DNA of 56,764 nucleotides from a virus (taxonomy: Duplodnaviria; Caudoviricetes), in IMG/VR virus record IMGVR_UViG_3300033076_000855, positions 1-56,764 of that record; one strand, given 5' to 3'. Position 1 is the stretch's first letter. Each line of letters begins with the position of its first letter. The position numbers and the translations under genes are program-made. Below the pieces are notes generated by a model. It was not told the origin of the DNA and made no database searches. It saw nothing but the letters and a program-made list of their open reading frames with translations. Shown in pieces: positions 46,078 through 54,470 of this stretch.

Positions 46078-46355
46078 ACACCGCTCACACCCCCGGCCCC
46101 TGGGCTCTCACATACTCGAATTGCTGGATCGTCGCATCAGACCCGGTGATTGGCCAGGTCGTGCTGGCCAAGATGGACGCGGGCTCGCTCGCCGACGCGA
46201 AGCTGCTCGTCGCCGCGCCTCAGCTGCTGAAAGCGGTGCAAGAGCTCATGGCTATGCCGGAATACGACGGCACGCCTGAGACGTCCCGCGCTCGCCGTGT
46301 CGCCAAGCACGCTGCCCGCATCGCAGTTCGCAACGCCACGGAGGTTGGCGCATGA
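46074..46355 (+). CDS. Hypothetical protein (HTPGPW...AAP.LL type)
   Basis: Common phage small-protein motifs. Confidence 0.75.
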   Translation: MNTAHTPGPWALTYSNCWIVASDPVIGQVVLAKMDAGSLADAKLLVAAPQLLKAVQELMAMPEYDGTPETSRARRVAKHAARIAVRNATEVGA

Positions 46356-46801
46356 ACCCCATCACCCTTCCCCAGCTGCTCGACCTCTTCGCCGATGAGA
46401 GCCGCGGCTCTATCCGCAAAGCGGCCACACACGACGGTGTCGACGGTCTGCTGGTATACGGCCCCGACGAAGACCACCGCACCGTGGTGGCCTATGGCCC
46501 GGCCTGCAAGCACAAGTCCGCGGACGCTGCCCTGGCCTTCCATGGCCGTGGCGCGATTGCGCACTATTGCCCGTCTCTGCCCGTTCCTGCTAGTGTCCCG
46601 GCCATGGCAAAAAGCAAAACCATGCAGGCCCTGGACCTGGTGCTGATCGACGGCATGACCGCCTACGCGGCGGCTAAGAAGGTGGGGATCAACGCGTCGG
46701 CGGTCAGCCGTGCGCTGGCCCGCCGTGAAGACAAGAAAATCTGCCCGTGCTGCGGGCAGGTCGTCCGCGAAGGCTTCAAGGTCAAAGTTCCATCTCGGTA
46801 G
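46352..46801 (+). CDS. HTH plus Zn-knuckle protein
   Basis: GMTAYAAAKKVGINASAVSRAL HTH, then CPCCG. Confidence 0.65.
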   Translation: MNPITLPQLLDLFADESRGSIRKAATHDGVDGLLVYGPDEDHRTVVAYGPACKHKSADAALAFHGRGAIAHYCPSLPVPASVPAMAKSKTMQALDLVLIDGMTAYAAAKKVGINASAVSRALARREDKKICPCCGQVVREGFKVKVPSR

Positions 46802-47276
46802 CCAGGCGGCGCATCACCGCGCCTGCCACCTCTTTCTCCATGCGCTGCATGGCGTCCAGCAAGGCCACCGCACCGTCGGTGGCCTTTTCCATTGGCAGCC
46901 TGCCCTGGCCACCGCAGTCCAGGCAGATGTCGTCGGACAGCACCGGCGCCCCAGGCATCAGCCGGAACCCGCGCCCGCTGCACTGCTTGCACAGGTCGTC
47001 CAGGTAGTGCCGCAGCACCCGGTTGACCAGGCTCGACGCCTCCACCAGGTCCGCTGCCCAGCTGCGCTTCATGGCCAGCTCGATCAGCATGTCGGCCAGG
47101 CGTGGCAGCTCCTGGTGATCGCCCTGGTACTTGACCCGCCACAGGCTCACGCCGATGGGCGCCTTGGCCGCGGTGAATCCGACAGCCCGGATCACATCGA
47201 CGTCGCCCAGCCCCTCGGGCTTGTCGGCCAGGTTGCCTGACCCCTGTGCCTTGATGATTCGTTCTGCCACTCTCAT
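46782..47276 (-). CDS. Q-like late antiterminator (Zn finger)
   Basis: CKQCSGRG...CLDCGGQG; last gene of the cro-primase operon, as in lambdoid phages. Confidence 0.7.
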   Translation of the reverse strand: MRVAERIIKAQGSGNLADKPEGLGDVDVIRAVGFTAAKAPIGVSLWRVKYQGDHQELPRLADMLIELAMKRSWAADLVEASSLVNRVLRHYLDDLCKQCSGRGFRLMPGAPVLSDDICLDCGGQGRLPMEKATDGAVALLDAMQRMEKEVAGAVMRRLATEMEL

Positions 47277-48646
47277 GCTGCCTGCTCCATGTAGTCAAAG
47301 AATCTGTCCTGCTCGGCCTCCCTCTCAGCCAGGCGTGTGATCGCCTTGGGGTCCACGATGCCGTTGCTGGTGATGATCCGCCACACCCGCACGGTGGCCT
47401 GCTGGCCGCTGCGGATGATCCGTTTGTTCGCCTGGTCGTACAGCTCGAACGACGCAGGGATCGCAAACCAGATGATGTCCGCGAAGTGATCCTGCAGGCC
47501 GTCGATGCCGTGGCCAGCGCTCGCAGGGTGCAGCAGCGCCAGCTGCACGCGCCCCGCCTTCGCGTCGTCCATGCCCTCGTCCGTCGTGATGTCCACCGCG
47601 TGCTTGAACCTGGCCATCAGCCGGTCGCGGTCGTGCTCGTACCAGTAGCAGACGATGGCCGGGCCATCGATCTCGGCCAGGACCGCCTCCAGCTCGTCCA
47701 GCTTCTCGTCGTGCACTGGCTGCACGCGACCGTCGACGCTGTACACCGCGCCCTGGCACATCTGGTGCAGCTTGCCTGCCGCGGTGCCCGCGCTGCCCGC
47801 CACCACCTCCAGCTCGTCCAGGTTGATCACGCCCTCGCGCTGCAGCTCCCGGCACATGGCTGCCATCTCGTCCGGCATTTCGACCTCGCGGTCGATGGTC
47901 ACGTGCTTGAGACCCAGGTCCGGGGCCACGGCGAAGTACATGTGGCGGATCGCCTTGTACAGCTCAGCCTCCATGCCTTCGCGGCATTTCCAGCTAAACA
48001 CCTGGCCGCTGCGCCGGTCGAAACTGTCCGGCTCCAGGAACCCCTCGCGGAAGGCGCCCAGCGTCGTGCCCAGGGCTTGGCCATGGTCCAGCAGCATCAC
48101 CGGGCCGAACAGCTCATGCGCCGTCCCTGGCCTGGGTGATCCGCTCATCAGGCAGATGCGTGCATCGGTCTTGCGGCTGATCGCGTTCATCGCCTTCCAG
48201 GTCACGCTGCCCTGGCGGCCACCGTTACGCAGTCGGCTGGCCTCGTCGAAGATCACCAGGCCAAACGGCCAGTCCTTGGCCTTGATCGCCTTCACCAGCT
48301 CGGGAAAAAACTCGAAGCTGCAGCACAGGACGTTCGCCTTCCCGGCCTTGAGCTGGGCCAGCGCCGCCTTTCGTGCCGTCGGGGTGCCCACGTACCGGGC
48401 GAAGTCCAGATGCCTGCTGAAGGCCCACTTCCTGGCCTCGGTGGGCCACTGCAGGGCCACCCGCTTGGGCGCCACCACCAGCACCGCCTGGGTCTCGAAG
48501 GCGTCAAAGAGACAGTGCTCGGCCAGCGCCAGCGCCACGCCGGTCTTGCCCGCTCCGGCCTTGGCGGCGAAGTACCACCGCCGGGTGGCCTGGCCGAACG
48601 CCAGGGCGCGGTGCTGGTAGTCGCGGAAATCGGCCAGAGTTCTCAC
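47273..48646 (-). CDS. SNF2-like SF2 helicase
   Basis: GAGKT, DEAS, SGSP, HPASAGHGIDGLQ, QANKRIIRSGQ. Confidence 0.92.
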   Translation of the reverse strand: MRTLADFRDYQHRALAFGQATRRWYFAAKAGAGKTGVALALAEHCLFDAFETQAVLVVAPKRVALQWPTEARKWAFSRHLDFARYVGTPTARKAALAQLKAGKANVLCCSFEFFPELVKAIKAKDWPFGLVIFDEASRLRNGGRQGSVTWKAMNAISRKTDARICLMSGSPRPGTAHELFGPVMLLDHGQALGTTLGAFREGFLEPDSFDRRSGQVFSWKCREGMEAELYKAIRHMYFAVAPDLGLKHVTIDREVEMPDEMAAMCRELQREGVINLDELEVVAGSAGTAAGKLHQMCQGAVYSVDGRVQPVHDEKLDELEAVLAEIDGPAIVCYWYEHDRDRLMARFKHAVDITTDEGMDDAKAGRVQLALLHPASAGHGIDGLQDHFADIIWFAIPASFELYDQANKRIIRSGQQATVRVWRIITSNGIVDPKAITRLAEREAEQDRFFDYMEQAA

Positions 48647-48936
48647 TGGAACAACCCCAGCACCCGCTCTTTGCGGTCGACCCACTCAGCGCAGTGGCCC
48701 AGCTTCTGGACCTCGTTCATGAACCACACCTGCAGCGGCCTGGGCACCTCGCCCGTGTCCTTGACCTCCACCAGCTTCACGTACCGCTGCACGATCTCCT
48801 GGTGCTCAGGCGGCACCGGCAGCAGCACCAGGCGGTCCGTTGCCCCAGCCATGCCAGGGCTGACGAACTTGAACGCCTGCCCTCCGCGGCGCTTCGCCTC
48901 GTCCACCAACATGTTCTCGATCTTCTTTTCAGCCAT
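48643..48936 (-). CDS. VRR-NUC domain nuclease
   Basis: EKKIE...KFVSPG..G.TDRLV...VEVK...RPLQ. Confidence 0.88.
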   Translation of the reverse strand: MAEKKIENMLVDEAKRRGGQAFKFVSPGMAGATDRLVLLPVPPEHQEIVQRYVKLVEVKDTGEVPRPLQVWFMNEVQKLGHCAEWVDRKERVLGLFQ

Positions 48937-48976
48937 TGCGGCCTCCTGTTCCAACGGGGGCCGTACGGCCGAAAAA

Positions 48977-49165
48977 GGTGACAAGGTGACGGTGACAGAC
49001 GGTTTGAAGTCGCACAGCCGCTCCGTAGACATACATTGTGTTTTGGGAAACACGATTACTCGCGTATGTGCACGACCCTTTATGTCTGTCACCTCTGTCA
49101 CCTCTGTCACCTTCCCTCTGAAAACGCGGGTGACAGTTCGGGTGACAGTGTGTCCGGGTGACAGT
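48977..49165. repeat. Iteron array GGTGAC(AG) x9, putative replication origin
   Basis: Three forward copies (48977-48998), three reverse copies in a 9-bp tandem (49086-49111), three forward CGGGTGACAGT (49127-49165), in a non-coding gap after the primase-helicase. Confidence 0.75.
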
Positions 49166-49186
49166 GTTGAGGCTGTTTTTCATCGC

Positions 49187-51664
49187 TCACCCCAGAAAAT
49201 CGAAGTCAGCAGCCATCAACAGCGACGCGGTCAGCTCTTCGACCGCCTTCTCCTCTGTCACCGCGTGCCCTTGTTTCACCCAGATTCGGCACGCCTCGCC
49301 CTTCCACTTTTTGCGGAAAGCGAAGCGGAAACCCAGGCGGGTCAGCAGCCCGTTGACCCGCCACCCAGCCGGTGCGTCGTCCCCCGCCCCTTGCAAGGCT
49401 CGGGTGAAGTGCGCCGACGAGACGACCAAGCGCCCCACCCCGGCGGCGCCCCGCTCGATCAGCTCTTCGGCGGCGATGTCCAGCTCTGACTTCGACATCT
49501 CGACCACCGTGTGCTTGACCGCGGTGTCCGGCGCCCGGCCGTTCGGGTCGAACTCCGCATGCGCTGCCACGCCCATCAGCCACTTGCGGATCGCTCCGGC
49601 GTGCCCGTTGACGGCGTCGAACAGGGTCTTGAAGTAGCCCTCCTCGGTCAGCTCCTTCGCCCGTTCGGTCGTCAGCTGCGACGACAGGAACATGTAGCGG
49701 CGGTCGCCCTCGTCGACCGGCGCGCCGTCCAGGTAGTTGGAGAAGATGATGTAGTTGGAGACGTTGGGCGCCGTGTAGGACGGCTTGCCCTTGGGGTGAA
49801 TCTCGATCGCGGTGTTCGTGATGAACGGCTTGACCCGGTTCATGATGTCGTACCGGTTATGCCCGTGCTGCTTCATCTCCTCGATGGCCACCACCGCGTA
49901 GCCCACGGCCCAGTCGGTGAAGTTGGACTCGAGAGTCGAGCCGTTCAGGGACCGCACGTTCTGCGCGCCCATGGCCACGGCGATCAGCTCTGAGAAAAAC
50001 GACTTGCCGTCCCCTGGCACGCCGTGCACGTAGGGCGACCAACGCACCTTCACGCCTGGGTGTTGGACCTGGTGCGCGATCCAGGACAGCAGGAGATCAC
50101 GTTCACGCTGGTCGGCCAGGTAGGTCTCGAAGTGGCCCTTGACCACCTCGATCGCGTCCAGGTCTTCGGCCGAGAACGAGACCGGCTCCTCGGGTGCGCT
50201 CTCCGGCCTGTACAGGTTGACCCACTGCAGGCCGAACATCTCGAACACGGGACCGGCTGAAGGCATGTAGGCCTTGTGCGCGACCACGGGTGTGTTCCAG
50301 GTCTCGACGGCCCACTGGTCTGCCTTCTCGCGGTTGCCGTGCTCGTCGAACGGCATGAGGCGGTTGTGCATCGCCCGAAACCCGAGCGAGGTGACCTCTT
50401 GCTTGGTCTCGATGTTGAAGAACTTGTCGCCCTCGGTGACGAACACCCAGGGCTGGACCCACTCGGGCGCCTCGGCGTTGACCTCCTGAACGACGACCGG
50501 GCGTGTGGTGCCCAGGAGCTTGCGCACGTCGGCCTTGGGCAGTCGCGTGCCGGTCAGCTCGCGGTGCTTCGCGTTCCAGGCGTCGCCCAGAATCTCGCGC
50601 TGCGCCTTGTCCAGGCGGTCGTCCTTCTTGATCTTGTCGGCGACAGCTGCGCGCAGCGTGACGTCGTCGGGGCAGGCAGCGATGGCCTCGCGTGCTTCCT
50701 CCATCGCGTCCTTGGCTGCTGCGGCCTGGGCGGCGTCGCGGGCGGGCTTGGTCTCATGGATCAGCGTGGCCAGGGTGACAGCACCCTTGCCTTGGAAGCG
50801 CTGCTCCGAGAACGAGTCCCACTTGTCAGCGCACGCGCCCTCGACCCACTTGCCTGACTGCGAGGACCAGCTGTCCCACAGCTCCAGCGCTTCCAGCTCG
50901 CCCTCGAACTGGTGGTGCAGGGCCATGCCCACGCGCATCCAGGCCTCGTACTCGTCGAAGCCGTCGAGGTACGGCATGACCTCCATGTCCACGCGCTCGA
51001 TGTCCCAGCCGTCCAGAGGCAGCTTGATCTGCGCGAGGGCGTCGCCAGACGCGTCAGCAGCACTGGCGCTGCTGTCAACGATGGCCCAGCCGTCAGGCAG
51101 GTACTCGGGTAATGCGCTGATAAGTCGATCAACGTCTGACCGAGTGATGGTCGACAAGTCCCAAACGTCCAGGTCGCCGGGGCCATCGCGACCCGGCCAC
51201 GTGTACTCGAATCCGTCGGGGTGCTCGCCGTAGACGACGTACTGCTGGCCGTCACCAAGAAACTCTATGGCGAACTTCTTACCATCGGCGCCGCGGTCGC
51301 CGTCAGGTCCGCGCAGGAACACCTTCACCTTCGCAAACGGTTCATCCGTGCGGTAGATCAAAAGGCGCTTAGGCTTGGTGCCGTAACGTACAGGCGCCGG
51401 ACCAAGCACGTCGAGCACGCAGCGCTCGATCGCATCGGCGCATTCCTGATCAAGGACGTCGATGTCAGCACCTGGGAACTTACGAGCGAGCAGACCGATG
51501 GACCCGGCGGCATAGCCATTGGCCGCCATCTCGTCCACCTGCTCAGTCGTAAAGCCCCGCTGCCATCCGTCGATGGTGGGTCGCTTGGTTTTTGGTTTGA
51601 TCGGGACAACGTCCCATCCGGCCCGGTGCAACTCTGGGCCATGCGCACCAAAGCGCCGTGTCAT
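49187..51664 (-). CDS. Primase-polymerase / PriCT-2 / SF3 helicase (DUF5906-like) replication protein
   Basis: N-terminal prim-pol (ADID), YEAWMRVGMALH...WDSWS (PriCT-2), Walker A GVPGDGKS, DRRY. Confidence 0.9.
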   Translation of the reverse strand: MTRRFGAHGPELHRAGWDVVPIKPKTKRPTIDGWQRGFTTEQVDEMAANGYAAGSIGLLARKFPGADIDVLDQECADAIERCVLDVLGPAPVRYGTKPKRLLIYRTDEPFAKVKVFLRGPDGDRGADGKKFAIEFLGDGQQYVVYGEHPDGFEYTWPGRDGPGDLDVWDLSTITRSDVDRLISALPEYLPDGWAIVDSSASAADASGDALAQIKLPLDGWDIERVDMEVMPYLDGFDEYEAWMRVGMALHHQFEGELEALELWDSWSSQSGKWVEGACADKWDSFSEQRFQGKGAVTLATLIHETKPARDAAQAAAAKDAMEEAREAIAACPDDVTLRAAVADKIKKDDRLDKAQREILGDAWNAKHRELTGTRLPKADVRKLLGTTRPVVVQEVNAEAPEWVQPWVFVTEGDKFFNIETKQEVTSLGFRAMHNRLMPFDEHGNREKADQWAVETWNTPVVAHKAYMPSAGPVFEMFGLQWVNLYRPESAPEEPVSFSAEDLDAIEVVKGHFETYLADQRERDLLLSWIAHQVQHPGVKVRWSPYVHGVPGDGKSFFSELIAVAMGAQNVRSLNGSTLESNFTDWAVGYAVVAIEEMKQHGHNRYDIMNRVKPFITNTAIEIHPKGKPSYTAPNVSNYIIFSNYLDGAPVDEGDRRYMFLSSQLTTERAKELTEEGYFKTLFDAVNGHAGAIRKWLMGVAAHAEFDPNGRAPDTAVKHTVVEMSKSELDIAAEELIERGAAGVGRLVVSSAHFTRALQGAGDDAPAGWRVNGLLTRLGFRFAFRKKWKGEACRIWVKQGHAVTEEKAVEELTASLLMAADFDFLG

Positions 51665-51822
51665 TCCTGTGCTGCAGCCTTCTCAGCCAGTTTGGTCAGC
51701 CGCTCCAGCAAGTCGGCGATCTTGATCAACGTGGCCAGCTGGATCGCTGCGATCGTGCCAGGTGTTTCTGTCTCCGCTGTGAGAAAGCCCTCAGCGGCTT
51801 TGATGATCTTGTCGGACTTCAT
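51661..51822 (-). CDS. Small hypothetical protein (53 aa)
   Basis: GAGGAG RBS; ATGA overlap with the primase. Confidence 0.6.
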   Translation of the reverse strand: MKSDKIIKAAEGFLTAETETPGTIAAIQLATLIKIADLLERLTKLAEKAAAQE

Positions 51823-51968
51823 GGTTCTCCTCGAAAACCCGCACTGAAAAAGAAAAGGGCGCGCCCAGTGCGAGGAATAAGCGCTCGTCGGTCCGGGAGC
51901 TACCCGGACCCAAGCCCATGAGAATTATCGGTGATTGACATGATCTGTCTGTCTCATTTACGCAACGG

Positions 51969-52157
51969 TCAGTGCATTCGCCCGTCCACGGGCAGCATGT
52001 GCAGCAGCGCCTTTTGCACCGACTCTTGGAAAGACTCGACAGTCGCGTCGTCGCAGCGCATGCACACGCGCACGCCCTCGCAGTCGAAGACGATTTCGTG
52101 CCCCTCGACCATGGCCTTCATGGCTTCCAGGTTCAGGCGGATCACCAGCTCGTTCAC
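51969..52157 (-). CDS. Small hypothetical protein downstream of cro
   Basis: GTGA overlap with the cro stop. Confidence 0.55.
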   Translation of the reverse strand: MNELVIRLNLEAMKAMVEGHEIVFDCEGVRVCMRCDDATVESFQESVQKALLHMLPVDGRMH

Positions 52158-52366
52158 CGCAGGGCGCTCCACTCCACGTCCGGGCGCATGTCCTCGGCTC
52201 GCAGGGGCAGCCCCAGCTCGCGTGCGCGGCGCTCCAGGGAAGGCACGCGCTCTGCTGGGATGCGCCCCTTGATTGCCCACAGGCTCACCGCCTGGCCGTT
52301 GATCCCAAAGAGGCGTCCCACTGCGGCTGGGCCTCCGAGCTGGTCGATGATGGTTTTGACAGTCAT
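52154..52366 (-). CDS. cro: Cro-like repressor (YdaS/Cro family)
   Basis: LGGPAAVGRLFGINGQAVSLW...IPAER...MRPD..W; divergent from cI. Confidence 0.88.
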   Translation of the reverse strand: MTVKTIIDQLGGPAAVGRLFGINGQAVSLWAIKGRIPAERVPSLERRARELGLPLRAEDMRPDVEWSALR

Positions 52367-52533
52367 GGCGAAATGTTAGCACCGCTTACCTCACGACCGT
52401 ACGCACACGTCAGCGCGGGCTTTTGCGAGCATCTGGCATCGTGTAGAACTAACCACAATCAGAAATGTTGCCCATGGTTGACGAGCGGAGGAGACTTGCC
52501 TTTGGACAGCCAGCGCTGCAAACTGCCGCGCTT

Positions 52534-53043
52534 ATGCCGTCACAACTCTGGGAACGCCTGCGCGCTGCACGCAGGTATGCCGACCTGACGCAGCGCGAGG
52601 TGGCCATTGCAGTCGGCCTCACGCGCAGCGCGGTTGCCCAATGGGAGGCGGCCGAAGCGGAGCAGCGCACCAGGCCGTCAGTTGAACACCTGATCGTCGT
52701 CAGCAAGCTGACCAAGGCACCCCTTGAGTGGCTGATGAACGACGCCTCGCGCCTGGACGACCTGTACAAGTTGGCCGCGGTCAACGACACGGCCCTGGCC
52801 GCGCCAGCCCAGGCGCCGCCCAAGGTGCCCGAGGTCTTGCCCGACGTGAGGCAAGGCGAGCAGCTGTTCTGCTTTGCGTCATCGCCGGAACAGGTGGCCG
52901 CCAAGCTCGCGCAGCTCTCCAGCGAAGACGGCTCGACCGAGAAGCACCTGATCCTGGTCGGGGTCAAAGCCGACGTGAAGCAGGTCACATCACTGTCAGA
53001 GGCGCTGGCCTACGTGGCCAGCCAGCTCGACGACCGTCGCTGA
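52534..53043 (+). CDS. cI: CI-like XRE repressor without an S24 peptidase domain
   Basis: RLRAARRYADLTQREVAIAVGLTRSAVAQWE...PS...EWL; start uncertain. Confidence 0.8.
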   Translation: MPSQLWERLRAARRYADLTQREVAIAVGLTRSAVAQWEAAEAEQRTRPSVEHLIVVSKLTKAPLEWLMNDASRLDDLYKLAAVNDTALAAPAQAPPKVPEVLPDVRQGEQLFCFASSPEQVAAKLAQLSSEDGSTEKHLILVGVKADVKQVTSLSEALAYVASQLDDRR

Positions 53044-53079
53044 AAAACAACAGTCAGGCTTGCCTTTAGCAGCCTGCGC

Positions 53080-53114
53080 TTGCTTTCGTTCGCACGTGAC
53101 AGCTACACTGTCAC
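53080..53114 (+). promoter_or_regulatory. Early rightward promoter with a palindromic operator
   Basis: TTGCTT-18-TACACT; GTGACAG-CTACA-CTGTCAC (53096-53114) covers the -10. Confidence 0.6.
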
Positions 53115-53147
53115 AACGCCAGCACGGCGGACAACGAAAGGCAAGCA

Positions 53148-53351
53148 ATGCAAGAAGCAATCCCACATTCACGGCGCACCCTGCCGTCAATCCCAGTCGG
53201 ACACCCTCAGTACAAGTGGACCTCGGGCGCTGACGTCCAGGCCACCTGGCGCCGCTTCGGCTGGGTCGCCCCCAGCACCTTCCGCACGAAGTTCTACGAA
53301 GAGCCGGTGCGCCAAGCCACTCCCCTGCGCGTCCTGCGTAAGGCGGGCTGA
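53148..53351 (+). CDS. Hypothetical protein
   Basis: DVQATWRRFGWVAPS; RBS present. Confidence 0.65.
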   Translation: MQEAIPHSRRTLPSIPVGHPQYKWTSGADVQATWRRFGWVAPSTFRTKFYEEPVRQATPLRVLRKAG

Positions 53352-53352
53352 G

Positions 53353-53568
53353 ATGAACCACTTCGAGGTGTTCACCAAGTCGCAGCTCAAGCACGCGCTG
53401 CTGGCCGGTGCGTACCCGACATACGAGCTGGCCCGCGCCAACCCGTTCACCGTCGAGCTGGCAGGCACACGCCTTCGCCTCTCGTTCCCCAACGGTCTGC
53501 ATGAAAGCCTGGCCAAGAAGATGACTGGCCGCCTTCACCAGACCCCTGCGAAAGCATTCAAACCCTAA
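53353..53568 (+). CDS. Hypothetical protein
   Basis: Codon bias; follows the previous stop. Confidence 0.6.
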   Translation: MNHFEVFTKSQLKHALLAGAYPTYELARANPFTVELAGTRLRLSFPNGLHESLAKKMTGRLHQTPAKAFKP

Positions 53569-53581
53569 CCAAGAAAGAGAG

Positions 53582-54085
53582 ATGGCAATGATCCAAATCA
53601 CATTCACTCCGGGCAACAGCGCCCAGGCCGATCTGATCGGCAAGCTGATGGCGCAGTACCTCGCGCTGGACGCCGCGCCGACTGCCGAAGCAGCACAGGC
53701 CGTCGAGACCGCAGCCGTGGAGCAGCCCGCTGCCCCAAAAGCGACGCGGGCACGCAAGCCCGCTGCTACCTCTGCGGAACCGGCACCGGCCCCTTTGGCC
53801 GACTCTGGTACGGAAAACTCCACTGCTACGGAGCAGACTGCATCCCCTTCTGACCCAAAGCCTGCTGCGGCACCTTCCGAACCGGAAGCAGCCGCTGCAC
53901 CGACTGCCTCATCGACCGCGCCCGCCGTATCTCTGGAGCAAGTTCGCGCCAAGCTGGCTGAGCTCAGCAAAGCAGGCAAGCAGACGCAAGTGGTCGCGCT
54001 GATCGGCAGCATGGGCGCCAAGAAGCTGACCGACATCCCCGCTGAGAAGTTCGGCGAGCTGATGCAACAGGCGGAGGCACTGTAA
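53582..54085 (+). CDS. Conserved protein upstream of DUF2800 (Ala/Pro linker, small helical C-domain)
   Basis: VSLEQVRAKL...GAKKLTDIPAEKF, as in APSE-type replication modules. Confidence 0.75.
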   Translation: MAMIQITFTPGNSAQADLIGKLMAQYLALDAAPTAEAAQAVETAAVEQPAAPKATRARKPAATSAEPAPAPLADSGTENSTATEQTASPSDPKPAAAPSEPEAAAAPTASSTAPAVSLEQVRAKLAELSKAGKQTQVVALIGSMGAKKLTDIPAEKFGELMQQAEAL

Positions 54086-54345
54086 TGGCCAAGGTACTCA
54101 TCCAGATCGAAGACGTGGGCGACGAGATCGTGTTCCAGGCGGCCATCGACCCGCCTCTCACCGAAGACAAGACGATCTTCAGCACCGCTGAGGTGGTCGG
54201 CCTGTACCTGCGCGAGCACGCCAGCGACATCCTGGCCGCTGCCGTGGCGTGGACCAAGGAACCCGAACAGGTCGAAGAGGCCAAGGTCCAGGCCCGCACC
54301 AACCTGATCCTGCCGGACGACGGCATCGTCGGAGCGCCGGTGTGA
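54085..54345 (+). CDS. Hypothetical protein
   Basis: TAATG coupling. Confidence 0.7.
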   Translation: MAKVLIQIEDVGDEIVFQAAIDPPLTEDKTIFSTAEVVGLYLREHASDILAAAVAWTKEPEQVEEAKVQARTNLILPDDGIVGAPV

Positions 54346-54470
54346 GCCAGTACAACCCGCACTGGCCGTTCCCCCAGTTCGACGAGCAGGGCAAGCAGCT
54401 CCTGCCCGCCAACTGGAACAAGCGCCAGCCCAAGCCAAACCCATACGACGCCGAGGAGGCACTGCTGTGA
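54342..54470 (+). CDS. Small hypothetical protein
   Basis: GTGA overlaps; NPHWPFP...AEEALL. Confidence 0.55.
   Translation: MSQYNPHWPFPQFDEQGKQLLPANWNKRQPKPNPYDAEEALL

Noticed and set aside
48937-49110. N-terminal extension of VRR-NUC (MTEVTEVTD...) in the ORF track
   Set aside because: It is a translation of the iteron array; the likely start is ATG 48936 with an AGGAGG RBS.
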